From assembly GCA_973851085.1 (NCBI GenBank), contig OZ316776.1, positions 9,486,001 to 9,550,000 on the forward strand: a stretch of 64,000 nucleotides of DNA, written 5' to 3'. A program made the position numbers and the translations under genes. The DNA is from Ptychomitrium polyphyllum. Lineage: Eukaryota. Below the pieces are notes generated by a model. It was not told the DNA's origin. It worked only from the letters and a program-made list of their open reading frames with translations, and did no database searches. The first letter of the stretch is position 1. Every line of letters begins with the position of its first letter. Below, piece after piece: positions 1-12,300 of this stretch.

Positions 1-985
1 TGAGGGGACTAGGAGGCAGATTAGACTAGTGATTCGGTGATGGGATTGCAAGATACTCATCACAAGCGAAAGCAGAAACTTTTCAGTCCAAGTTATGCCA
101 ATGACTGCAGTGGTTGCGTCCAAGAATGACAAGTTATCTAACCTTGATTTCAGAGCAGTAGCGATGGTTCTCTCAACTATTGCTAAGGGAGCTCTAGTTG
201 CGGCCTAGTCTGGTGATGATATGAGTCTATCAGTCTTATATTTGATCCTTGTAGATGCTGAGTGTTCGAGCACCAGAAGTGAACCAACCGAGATCGGTGA
301 TTGAGATACTGACTGCTATTCCTTCACTGCTTCATATGTTTTGCTGCAATGTGCTGACCAAGAGATGTCTTGGTAGTAAATGTCCTGCAAATCCCAGTAT
401 TTCATTTCCATACTTAACAAGAGATAAACCTTCAAATCGGTAGTGGTCCTGTTGGTTATAATGTCAATTAAAACGGTCATCAGTTGCATGGCACGTCTTG
501 AATATATGAACCGTATCGTGCTTTTTCCATGATCCTCAGTGAAGGTACTCATTTCGGATCGGATGCTCAGTACGATATGGTACTTCTACCACAGGAGTGG
601 CATCAAGTTCAGAGGCCCTATTCTGTTCTATCATTGGCCGGTTAGTTCAGAATCAAAAGCCCTAGGGACTCCAATGCCTAAATAACTTGGAAACTACAAT
701 GTGCTTTAAAAGGAACAGTGTGCCTCGTTTTGAGAGACTCCATTTTGACGGTTGAGAAATTTGATCTAATCACTTACTTGTAGCAGTGGGTACAGTCGAA
801 CTTGACAACCTCCGTAGTGGACGTGGATATGGTTTGTGATAACAGGTTGGCCTGTTATTCAAAATGCACAGAGGAAAAATCGGAATTAAATGACCTTGGA
901 TAAATCACTGCCTAACCATCCATGTCAATCAAGTGCCAACGTCGCGACATTGAACATCAGCCCCTTCTCGATCATGCAATCTCTT

Positions 986-2080
986 TTACGGGGCGACACC
1001 ACGATTATGGTGCAATGCTTCACTCGTGCAACGACAAACGTTAAAACCAAGTTGATTAGTCAGCCAACTCTGACATGTAGTATACTTTAATCAGACTGTC
1101 AAGAGTCTAGATCTTAGTTCTATTACAACAGGATGAATCGGATTGAAGATTTTCTTTGCCCACCATTTGCCACAAAGAGATGAGCAAGTCAGGATTACCT
1201 TCGCACGCATTGCAGCTAAAAAGGCTTCATTTTCAGCAGGAATCTTTTCAGGTTTTACTTTCGATGTCAAACTGCGCAGGCGGTTTGGTGAAGTATGCCT
1301 AACCTCTGCTCTCCTCTCTTCGGCCATTATACCCAGCTCTAAAGGACAACACTACCACATTCATGTCACAGTCCACATGTGATGTTCACAAAAAAATCAC
1401 ATGACACGCGCTTTGTAAGAAGATGTAGAAGCCAAGATGTACGTACCCCTTCCAGCATCAATCAGGCTCTGCCAGTATTTCGCAGCTTCCTCCCGCTCTA
1501 CATACAAGGTACAAAACGCTCACAGAATTAGCAGCACTTCTAAGCCTACAATTCAAACAAAAAAAGTCCAACTGTTTCCATGAGCATTCACCTATTTCGA
1601 CAGGACCCGCCATCTTGACTTTCTTTACTTCGCAAACGCCCTTGTCGGTGTCTTCTTCCGCGACTCTTTTCTTCCCACATTGCTACATTCCAAACAAGGC
1701 TCATTAAACTCTGCGAATTAGGGTTTCCCTGTCAGGTTTCGCATAAGAATAAACAGTGTTACACCTAGATATATGACTAATCGATATAGAATATCATCCC
1801 TATCATGTGAATCTTCATGGCCGTGCAGTTATACCGCCATGAGCACTCCTACGCTCTAATCCTACAGAAACTTCACAACATCTTTTCCAAGATTCACTTC
1901 TACAGATTTAATAAATACGATACAGAGAGCAGTGTGAGGGCAAGAAGTACCAATTCAGCGAGGGCACGCAGCTACATTGAGCAAGTGGGTGGACGTTACC
2001 TGCAAATCACTCTCAAAGAGCTTCAACTCCTTCATGTCAAACTCCGGAATGCCGACAAAGTCATTGTCCACAGCGTCCAT
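986..2080 (-). CDS. Small (~150 aa) multi-exon protein of unknown function
   Basis: The ATG at 2080 has an in-frame stop just upstream. Phase-consistent GT-AG exons at approx. 2080-2000, 1682-1592, 1498-1448 and 1338-1199 read MDAVDNDFVGIPEFDMKELKLFESDLQ/QCGKKRVAEEDTDKGVCEVKKVKMAGPVEIE/REEAAKYWQSLIDAGRE/LGIMAEERR...AAMRAK. The last exon (1069-986) is tentative. No family recognised. Confidence 0.5.
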
Positions 2081-2799
2081 CTCTCGCCGCTAAGTCCACC
2101 ACATCATTGGCATCCTCGTTAAGTAATGCAAAGGATTCCAAAACCTTGGAATCCTCAGTGCAGAGCGAACTTGCATATGCAGCCTAATCAGGCTGCCGCA
2201 AACATTTCCATCCTCTCCTGCTTCACTTCCACATAAGTAGAAATCCCCTATTCTCGTTACTTTCGGTCACTGTTTCCAGTTACTGCAGCATTGTGTTTTT
2301 CTGTTCACCTGTGCAGCGAACTCAGATACCCGGAAACGAACCGCACTGTGAAGGCTGGTACGAAGTATCAGCCGAGTATCAACCCAACGGATCATCTTCG
2401 GAATAGCTAAGCTGGCGGTCTCGCGGCGTCGCGGTACAACTAGCAGCAGTGCAATGAAGTTCAGATTTCAGTTTAGTTTCCTGTTTCCCCTATTGTCTCT
2501 TAAGGCATGCAACCGCGTCCATCACCCTTCTGATCTCTCAGCATTTCCAACTTAAAGCTGTGGAGAGCTTCTTTCAGGGAGTGCCCTTGCAGGCTCATGG
2601 GTCTTCTGGAGTTCGATGTCTCACTGTCAGTTTGATCACTTGGAAGGACGTGGTGGGCAATTGACGATGTGGGAAGATGTTTTCGTGATTCTGATACATG
2701 GTGGCGGCCGAGGAGGCCAGTTTTAGTTCTCCGGCGGGGATTTTGAGGAGTTTGAAGAGTTTGCGGTTTGCCAGAGTGGAGGTTTTCTGCTTCTTGCAA

Positions 2800-2808
2800 T
2801 TAGGGTTT
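2800..2808. promoter_or_regulatory. Telo-box (AAACCCTAA) in the divergent promoter/leader region between the unknown gene and the F-box/WD40 gene
   Basis: ttagggttt at 2800-2808 lies between two head-to-head genes. Confidence 0.3.
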
Positions 2809-3447
2809 ATGGTGTAGTACAGCGCTGCGTTGGCTGAGATTTCGTTCGTGGGAGCTTTGGTGATGATATGTGCTAGTGGGTTCGTGATTTCAACTTCGAT
2901 CGGGTGTGGGTTTGTGGACTTTGGATGGTACAGAGCCAGTGGCGAGGCTGTGTTTCGGTGAGTAGGAGTGGTGGCTTTTGGCGGGGATTTATGGCGTTTA
3001 GGTGCGCTCTGGTGTTTGTTTCTTTGCGGTTCGTGCGGTCCTTGTGCACTCTGGTTGGATGCTCTCGTGGTGGATGCTGGGAGAGTGCGATGGGATGGTG
3101 CAAGGAGGTTAATGGTGACAGGGAGCTGCTGAGCTTGTAGCATTGGTGGTGGAAGGCGCCCTGGTTGGCGTGTAAGTTGACGCCGTGATTTCTTTCGTTT
3201 CTTTCATTTGTAGGATGACTGATTGCTATTCTGGATAGAGAACTACCTCGTCGTTGAGGTTACAGTATGTGCTTTGGAAATTTTTGTTTCGATCGTCTAG
3301 GTTTTACGATGTATCTTCTAGAGCAAACTGTTTTCTATTAGTTCTTATTTGCTTAAAAATATCGTCGTGCAAATCAGATTCCAGTTGAGAAAAGCAGTCA
3401 CGACACGAAACTGATTATACACCTCTTTCCGATTTTCTATAACGAAA

Positions 3448-6400
3448 ATGAAGAGTTACAATTCAAAATCCATGGGCGGTAGTACGACCAATATCAGGCA
3501 GGACCAGGATTCTGAGAAGCTCAAAGGAAGCGCAGGACCCTTTCATACAAATGACATGGTTCAGCCGGCCTGTGAAATTGGGAAGACGGGTCAGGAAACA
3601 CATCGTCATTGTGTGGATGGCTCTGATGCAGTGACGAATTCGACACCCGGTTATTACGAAACGAAAGTTACAGATCTGGACTTGGACAGCCTGGTGTTAT
3701 GTGCATCGAATCTAGCACTCCGTGATTTGACAAATATGGCGATGACATGTCAAAGATTCCGAGATGCAGCATACTCCGATACTGTTTGGGAGATTCAGTG
3801 CAGGTTGGCATTCTTGAACTCCAAAACATGTTTGCGGCCAACCTCGTTCATAACGGTCTTTGTCAACAACGGCTATTGTATTTAATTTGAGCATCTTCCT
3901 TCCTCTTGCCCATGTCTGACCCTCTGGATGCCATTTTGATTTAATGTCAGGTTGATTGTTGAGTTCGTTTTAGAAGGAATATTTCAAGAAGCGGGTTGTA
4001 TGAATTTTGTTTGCTATCTATTTACAGATATTTATCTTGTACAGGATTCGATGGCCACCAAAGCAATTGTGCTATGGGCATACATTCCAGTATTGTGGTG
4101 GCAGGGATGCATATGTTGCACGACATACTGCAACTCAGCAACTACGTTACACAGACCCTATGGATGTACATTTGCACTTGCTACCAATGCATGTCAACCA
4201 TCTTCTGCTGGACGATGATACTGTCACAATCGCACAGGTAATTTTGAACTTGATTGTCCTAGAATCTCTTGTAGATTTTCTAGTTTGAGTTAAGGATATT
4301 ATTGCGACGATGAATTTAGTTTCTGATTGACTCTTGTCTGAACAGGGTCCCATTATCACGGTGTGGAAAGTGAATCCTTCTGAAGAAGGACATTTGGAGG
4401 CACCAAATGTATCGCAGGCACTCAGAGATCATAATGCACGTGTTACATGCATGAGGTAAGTTGTTCCTATCAGTGGTCCGGCAAATATTACTTGTAGAGA
4501 TGTTGAATTTATTGACCTTCAGTGATTATTCTCAAGTCTTTTTGTAATTTGGTTTCACCTAATTTTGCAGTTGCAAATATACTAGTCTCTGTTTTCTTTT
4601 GGGACCATGTGCATACTTGTTAGTGTCAGCCAACATTTTTCTGCTCGTTTTTCAAGAGTTGATAATTCATCGATGAAACAAATACCATGTTTTAGGGTCT
4701 GTTGTGATGTCCTGGCTAGTAATACTCTATAGCAGTTTGATGACAATTGCTCATGCAGGATGATACCAGTTGGACTTTTGGGGGCTATGCGTAACTTCAT
4801 GGGTGGCGTGAGCAATATTCTTGTCACATCTAGCTGTGATCATACGATCAGGCTTTGGGGCAAGGTAATATTGATGTTGCATATACCTTAAGGGTCTCAT
4901 GTTTGTTCAACTTTTTGGATTCTGTCATATGGGAGGATGAGCAGTTGTATGTGATTGTTGTCACCGTTTACAAGTAAGGTAAGCGAATCAAAAGCCGTCC
5001 CTTTTTGAAAGAGATTCGTCTCCACCACACTCTAAACTTTGTAACCTTGATATCTTGGAGTGTAGTCGAGAGGAATTCAGGAAAGAAGGACGGTTTTTGA
5101 TATATCTTTCTTAGATATAATCGATGAAGCTGATACATTCTCATGTTTCACCTTGTCCAGGGTCGCTCATTACGAACTCTACGGGGTCATCAAGGGCCAG
5201 TGAGTACTCTTGCAGATCAGTTGGTTGGGAAGGAGGGTTCTCCTCCAGTCTTAGCCAGCGGCGGCACAGATGGCACAGTGCGGATTTGGAGTCTCTCGTC
5301 GTCTAGCAGCAGCAGGGGCCGTTCTCCGCTGATAGCTACTCTGCATGGTCTTGAACCATCGATTAAAGAGCTTGCAGTTGCTGGGTAAGATGTTTAGCAA
5401 TGTGTGGAGAATGCATAAGTTTTTCCTTATCTTTCAACGATATTTCTTTTTTATTGAATGCACCACCGATTCCAGTGGATCATGTTCCCTGTACCGCGCG
5501 GGGTTTCTGTTTATGCTCTCTAGTTTATTATAAGTGTGAACCCAAGTCTTCAATAGAGTCATTGTTGTTTTGTGAGATTCTAGTTAAGTTCGAAATTAAC
5601 GTTGATACGATCTTCCATGCAGGCACAACCCATCACTTCTTATCAGTGCAGCAAAAGACGCCAAGGTTGTGCTGTATTCATTTTTCTTGTTAATAATAAT
5701 GAGTTCTTACATGTTAAAAAGGATGACTAGTTTTGTAATTGCAAGTTATGTACCTGCAGGTACTCAAGTTTTGTACCTGCAAGGAATTTTCTGCTTGTGA
5801 AACGTTGTATGCTGTCCGACTAAATAAGGGCTTTGTTACACAGCTCCGAGTGTGGGACGTAATGGCAACACCTTCAACAGCTGGAGTAGGAACATGTGTG
5901 GGCACCACGAAGGGAACTTTCGCTGGCATGCCTGTGGGTCTTAAAAGTGTAGGCCCAATTTGTTATATTGGAGCAGGCACTACTGTCAAGGCTGTTGATC
6001 TTCGAACAATGTGCACTGTGGCAACTGTATCATCTCACGAGCCTAGCGTTCTCACCTTTGCGGTGGCTCCATCGGGAACTAACATTTGTACGGGGGGTTT
6101 AGACAAGTATGTCTCTAATTTAGGAACCGTTAGGTGTTTTTTTATTATAATTGGTTTTTTCTTTGTTAATCTATACCCTTCTCAACTGTGGCTTTCGTTT
6201 ATTCCTTTAAATCACTTAAAAGCAACTTTAGTATTGTTCTTCAATATATTTGATTTCTTGAAAACGTTTTTCCAGAAAGGCAAAGCTGTGGGACCTTCGA
6301 ATGATTGGTGACTCCCCCCAACCTTGGGCAGTTCTTGGTAACCATATGGGGTCAGTTCACTGCCTTCATTATGATTCTTATAAGATCATAACAGGTGGCA

Positions 6401-6678
6401 CTGCTGATCGCCATGTACATGTTTGGAGTGCCGAGACAGGTGATGAGATTTCTTGCCTTGATTCAACAATTTCGTCGGCCTCCAATGATACAGGAGTTAG
6501 TGCTTTTGTAGCTAGTGGTGGGAGGCTTGTAACTGGTACTTGTGGGGAGGACCCTGGATTTGTTCGATTGCAGGACTTCACAAATTGTGTTCATCCTTTG
6601 GTTGATGTCAACAAGGATAGTTTTTTTGAAAATCATAGCTCAAAATTCTGGGAAAATACCCCAGAATATGTTTCATAG
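3448..6678 (+). CDS. F-box/WD40-repeat protein
   Basis: F-box motif DLDLDSLVLCASNLALRDLTNMAMTCQRFRDAAYSDTVW. WD40 repeats include LRGHQGPVSTL...SGGTDGTVRIWS and GNHMGSVHCL...VHVWS. Phase-consistent exons: 3448-3803, 4045-4237, 4346-4455, 4759-4864, 5161-5384, 5623-5665, 5844-6106, 6276-6678. Confidence 0.9.
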
Positions 6679-7319
6679 CGTTGCATAAAGTAGTATCGTG
6701 TAAGATATAGTGATGTCATGTAAGCAGCATTTTTCAACTTTCCACCTGAAACAGGAACCTAAATTTGTCAGAGTTTGATGCTATTGGGGCTCGAAGGCTT
6801 GATCTACTTTTAATACGGATTAAGGACTTGTACTTAATTTTAATCGTGTGAAACAACTGAGCTCTCAGCCCCATTGTATTAAACAAGACACAGAACACAT
6901 GGAGACTGAGCTTTTATTTTAAACTTTCATATGATGATGTCAACAATTTCAAATGTCACACATGAGAAACAGGTTACAGGTAAGATCCTAAAGTTTGTTG
7001 GAAGGTTGTGAGGTATACATTTTCGAGTGAGAAAAACACCTAACAAGTATGTCCAAAGAAATTCAAATTGAAATACCTTCCTATAAATCATAGAGAGACC
7101 TTCATATATCCAGACTTTTCTTTTTATGTTTGTAATCAAAGTCTAAAACTTTGTACTTAATGTTGGTAATGCCCAAGATTTAAAGCCATGTCTTTGTTGT
7201 ATTGTATCTTCCTATGAATTTAGGAGTTTAATAAAAATTTAGGAGAAATTTTATTAATCTATTTACATTTAGTTAAAAATTTAAGAACCAAAATCTAGAT
7301 TTGATTTTGACACCTTGCA

Positions 7320-7640
7320 GTGATTTGATTTGAAAGTGCTTCTTTAGTGCAAAAGTTGATTAGTCCATAAATCATTATAAAATTTAGTTTATATTTGCAT
7401 TATATAGTCTTAATTACAATTTTGTATAGTTATGACATGATTTGCTATGAGGTTGGAAGAGGTCAAATTCCATTTGAAGATTATGAAAATTGTATTAAAA
7501 GGAGTTCTGATCTTATATTGAATGGAGAGACCATAATTGCCACCCATTGCAGATCCAAGAATGAAACAAATTATGAATAGTCCTTGACATCCTATTCCTT
7601 CGAAAAGGCCTAAGTTTGGAGTCATCTTACAAAGTTGTGT
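7320..7640 (+). pseudogene. Decayed protein-kinase C-lobe fragment (subdomains IX-XI)
   Basis: Reads LYSYDMICYEVGRGQIPFEDY...SDLILNGE, then after a frameshift RP*LPPIADPRMKQIMNSP*HPIPSKRPKFGVIL. This matches the DVYSYGMxCYE...PF...RP.LP...CW..P..RP.F kinase pattern, with stops. Confidence 0.65.
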
Positions 7641-8879
7641 TGGCACAAGCATACCCATATATAAAAAAGAAACCTTCAATGTGCCATTTTTGCCTACAAA
7701 GATGTCATCAAAGTTCCTACCAGAAATGCAACGTGTCAGCATTGATGTGTAAAACACAGCATTGTATCAAAGGCAGTCATTTCAAATCGCCAAAGTTTGG
7801 AACTTGCTCTGCCCAGTCCAACGGTGCACAGTATTAGTATTGGTGATATTTCCTTCTCAAGAGGATTGATTGCCCAACTGCTGCTAGAGTGTCATTCTTG
7901 TGCAGAGTCATTGCACTTTTTTTGAAAATCTGGAGTTCTTGACCAGTCCTGAAGAGTATGTAGGTGGACTGCACTTGATCAAAATGGTACAGTATGCTCT
8001 GATCTGTTATCTAAGTTGTTCAGCTTGTCTGGTCATATTTCACAGTTGGCAGATAGATATTGGGAGAGAACATCTTGTACTGCAGCTTATTTGGCAACTG
8101 TATTTGGGAAGGAGCTCCGTAAACTCGATCTTCATGCTTCACCATTGGATTTTCTTTTGGTGGTAGCTATTGATCACAATCTTTTGGGGTAACATTCCTT
8201 GATTTACAGTCTCGTTCATTTGAAAAAGTTACTTATCTAGAGGATTAGCCTGTGAGAATGCAGACATGCTTAGGTTGGAGACTAATTCAGGTGCGTGGTG
8301 CATGGCTGCCACGACAAACTGAAAGTTTTTATTTTAAATTCCAACCGAACAGATTAACGGTGCGTATTTTCTTCGTTCTGGTCGCTCAAGTTTTTTGATG
8401 GTTGTCGTTTTCGCTTCTGTGCATTTGGATAAAGTATCAAAACACTATGTTGTTGAAAAATTGGGTGATGGAAATGCGTGCAGAACCAAGATTTAGATGT
8501 TATAGTGTATCATAGTGTCATACAATACCTTTATTGAGGATTCAAACATAACAGGACGGTTCTCTGTCGTTCCAGCTGCATGACATTGCATTCAAAATTC
8601 AAAAATCACACCCTCAACACTTAATTTGGACTAAATATTTACAGAATTTTTCTGAGAAGGAAGATTTGGGTACAATGCTTCAATAATGTCAATTACAGTC
8701 CTTTTGAAATCTTTTCTACTAAGTTTTTTGAACCAACTTAGGTTTTCTATTGTGATAATTTGTAATTTGTATATCTTCACCCAAAGAGGAATTCGGTTTT
8801 TGAAATCGACCTAAGTTTGTACTTAAAACCAACCCTACCTTCCTTGAGTAGATTGGAGAACACTATTAAACATGGAATC

Positions 8880-11800
8880 TTTTTAGAAAACTGCATATGA
8901 TCTTCACAATCGTAGCTTCCAAAGTGCACTCTCACTAACAGTATTGCCACATGAACATCCAATATTTTCGAGACATAAGTTAACAGGAGGGAATTGTGCA
9001 ACTTTACTCCAGTGGCTGTAAAACATGTGACAGAAAGAACGAAGATCAACGCTCCTCAGGTAATGATCCTGAACACCTGTAGATAACAACAGTACATGTA
9101 ATTCTGTTGCACCATTCCATGGCTACAGGTGCGGTACAGTACTTAACTAACCATATGGCAACCTGCGCAATTATGGATTGAAAACAAACAATCTTCCAAC
9201 AAACAAACAATCTCAACAATGTGTACTGTAAAATTTGGTGTAACAATCTACAGCTATAAATTCAACCGTATGTAATTACCCAACTTTACAACATAGTAAT
9301 CACCTGTACATCCGAAATGGTCTGGTACCCCCAGCTTCATGCACTTTTCTCACCAATGTGATAATTATCTATTCTTTCCCCAGTGTCGAACATCCCACCA
9401 TCGAAAATCCTCAAATTCCCAATACTTGCTTCAGGATACTGTAATAAGAGAAAATCAAGATGTAAGGGATATGTAAAACATTCAGCTACAGGACAACAAG
9501 AGATAATCTAGACAGGAGGAGTGCAGGATACTAAATAATGTACAGAATTACCGCCGAGTAACCAGAATATTATAGGAGCTCGCTTGTTGCCTGTTTTAGA
9601 ATTACAAAATCAGTTCCTTTGTCAGTCACTAACCCTGCCATATTCGTAGTATATCCTGTGAGTTAGTTGAGATGGAAGTAAAACATCCTGCGAGATAATC
9701 TACGTTCGTCATGACGAGCCCCTAAACCCATGTGGTGTGTACAGTACGTCATACAGTTGAGATGACCCCAAAAAATCCAAAAACGCTAGGCTTGTGCTTA
9801 CCAGGGGCATGATAACCCAAAACCACCGCACAGCCTGGCCAAAGTTGAACGACTATAAGAACCCTAAGTCCCTCATCCTCTTGCATCATCTTCTTCCACA
9901 CTGCTCCAACCTGTTGATCGAAATCACATCTGTAGATGAGAGTAGTATTGCAGATGCACCTTTTGCCCATCCGGACTGTTAACAGCATTGCACTGTGATC
10001 CTTCTGGACGTTGTCCTCATAATTCAGAAGACAGTAAGGAAAGATCGACTGCATGTTGCTGATCGAATCGGAGTATGAAGGTGATCACAAGCCGATGCAA
10101 ATGCTCTGATCATTTTCGTACCAGTGTGCTCCTCCAAACTGATTCTTTCAGCCTCTTTGTTGTGAGTTTGTCTGAAGGAGTTCACTGGTACAAAAGTTTT
10201 AAGAGCACAGGAATGGAAGGATAAAAGCTAACACAGACCTGGATGTTTTTTGGCTTTCCTCCTCGCATCTACGTTGTCACGGCTTTTTTTTGAATGACTC
10301 TAGTTGCAATGTTGGAGTAGCATTCTATTCGCATATCTTAATTTGCATCCTGGCACTTTAGCATGTGGTAGAGTACTAGTTCACCACATCCGACCAGTGA
10401 TTCGTCCATTGGTTGCACCAAGTCTAGAGCACATGGAGTTCAACATGCTGAGTATACCAAGGCAATGGAGGCGGCAAAACCTTTACCATGGCCCCTGAAT
10501 GAAATATTTCCTCCTGGTTCCATGTTACTTTCTCAATCGACATGTGTGTCTTTCCTTCCTTTGACTAAAAACAAACTCTGCATGTAATCTGCAAGATGAT
10601 GACTTGTGTCTGTTTCATTTATTCGTTGAAAGACTATTTGTGAACAAGCTCAGACTCATATATTGATCCTTCGGATACATACACTAGTTAGGAAGCTGCA
10701 TATATAGTACATCAAAACACCCATATTAATAGTGAGAGTAATGCTTAATCCACAACCGTTATCACATACTCAGCTAGAAATATGGTTTCGGCATTAGAGA
10801 CATAATTTGTCACACTCTTATCAAGTGCGAAGTAACGAAGGCACGACTGATTTTTGAAACATATAGTATTCATGCTATCAGCTCCTGTAGGACTGCAGCA
10901 TCCTCAACAGACGAGTTGCCAGAGAGAAATCACAGAACCATGCTCAGCTAGCTGTTCTAGCCTAGGCAACACGGGTCTGAGTCTTGCCTTAAAAATTGAT
11001 GCTCTTGGCAATCGTGTCCACAGAGGATCATTGCTTACAGCTACTTAGGATGAGCACTATATTAAATTTACGAAGTCTAACGACCTCATGTGAAGGTTCA
11101 GTGTTAGGACATGAAGACTTCGACACTAACTGGCACGGTCATAGTGAAATTTGACCAGAATTTTAACTTCTTAGGAACACAATTTTCAGTGTAGGGCCTG
11201 AAAAGAAACATGCTACTTCACATTCTCGGCATGATGACTACGAAAGTCCAAAGTGGACTTGAAGTAGTGAATGTCTATCTCCCGAGTCTTAATAATAACC
11301 TTCTCTAACCTTATGAGACATTAAACTCACCTAGCAACGCCGAGTGTAGATAAAAACACATATACCTAAGACAGTAAGCCTAATTTCTTAACCAAATCTA
11401 ATGTACCCCACTTACTCATGACAATCACGTCCTCTAATGGCAGCATCGGTCACCAGATCAAGCAACCAAACCTACTAGATTTTCTCAAACAATATTTAAT
11501 TTCCAATTTTCTCGAACAATAGATCAGGGTTGTACCTCTGAGACAGCAGATTCAATGTATGTTGTAAGACTGAGCATTCGAGCTCTTCTTCAAGCAGATA
11601 CTCTTTTCTGGTGATGTCAAGAAGCCAGTTCACTACTGACGCAGCAGGTATCTTCTATTAAAAATGCAACAAAACCATGCTTCCATGTACGCAATATGAG
11701 TTCCGTCCTTACCTTCTACTCATCGTATCTCCTTTCATCGAAGTGACGAGTTCTTCAACCTGAATTTCACTTGTGACCGAGCTATTCAAAATCCCATGCC

Positions 11801-12300
11801 CTATTCACACATTCGCCTGCCCGAGCTAAGAATTCAAGCGTACGCCCTGCATGAAATTCTCTCCTTCATCACACGAATGGCTTTGCCAATGCGTCGTTTC
11901 CCACGGGCGCCAGTTTCATCAGCGCATTTCCATCGTAAAGTGAACCGCCGATTCGGTAACTAAGCTCCACGTAAAAACGATCTGCTCCAAACTGCAATCT
12001 GACATCGCCGAAGACTGTCACTACAACCGCGTCCGTGCCACAGGGAAACACTAACTGGACGATCTGGCATCGTGGACAATGTGACGCCATGGAAACGATT
12101 GTTAGATAAATTTACCCAGCACTCGCCACCTAGGAGCACGGTCCGCTAGTCTGTTGCGCTTCAGAGTTACGGCTTTAAATCGCAAAGGTCAGTGTACAAG
12201 AATCTGACTTTGCGCAAGTACTGTATCTACACACCGGTCAGGCATTGGCCAACATCCCTGGGCTTCACCTCAACCACGCACTGCCTAGTACCGCGCGACA
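8880..12300 (-). ncRNA. Candidate multi-exon spliced transcript without a long ORF (lncRNA or decayed gene)
   Basis: Chain of paired minus-strand acceptor/donor sites: donor at 12116; exons 11846-11713, 11654-11536, 10494-10487, 10299-10239, 9929-9802, 9590-9552, 9438-9304; acceptor at 9076. Joined exons give only short ORFs. Outer boundaries are approximate. Confidence 0.4.

Noticed and set aside
2500..3143. Several overlapping ORFs of 76-182 aa
   Set aside because: Low-complexity translations of GT-rich leader/promoter DNA, with no motifs and no splice-consistent model.
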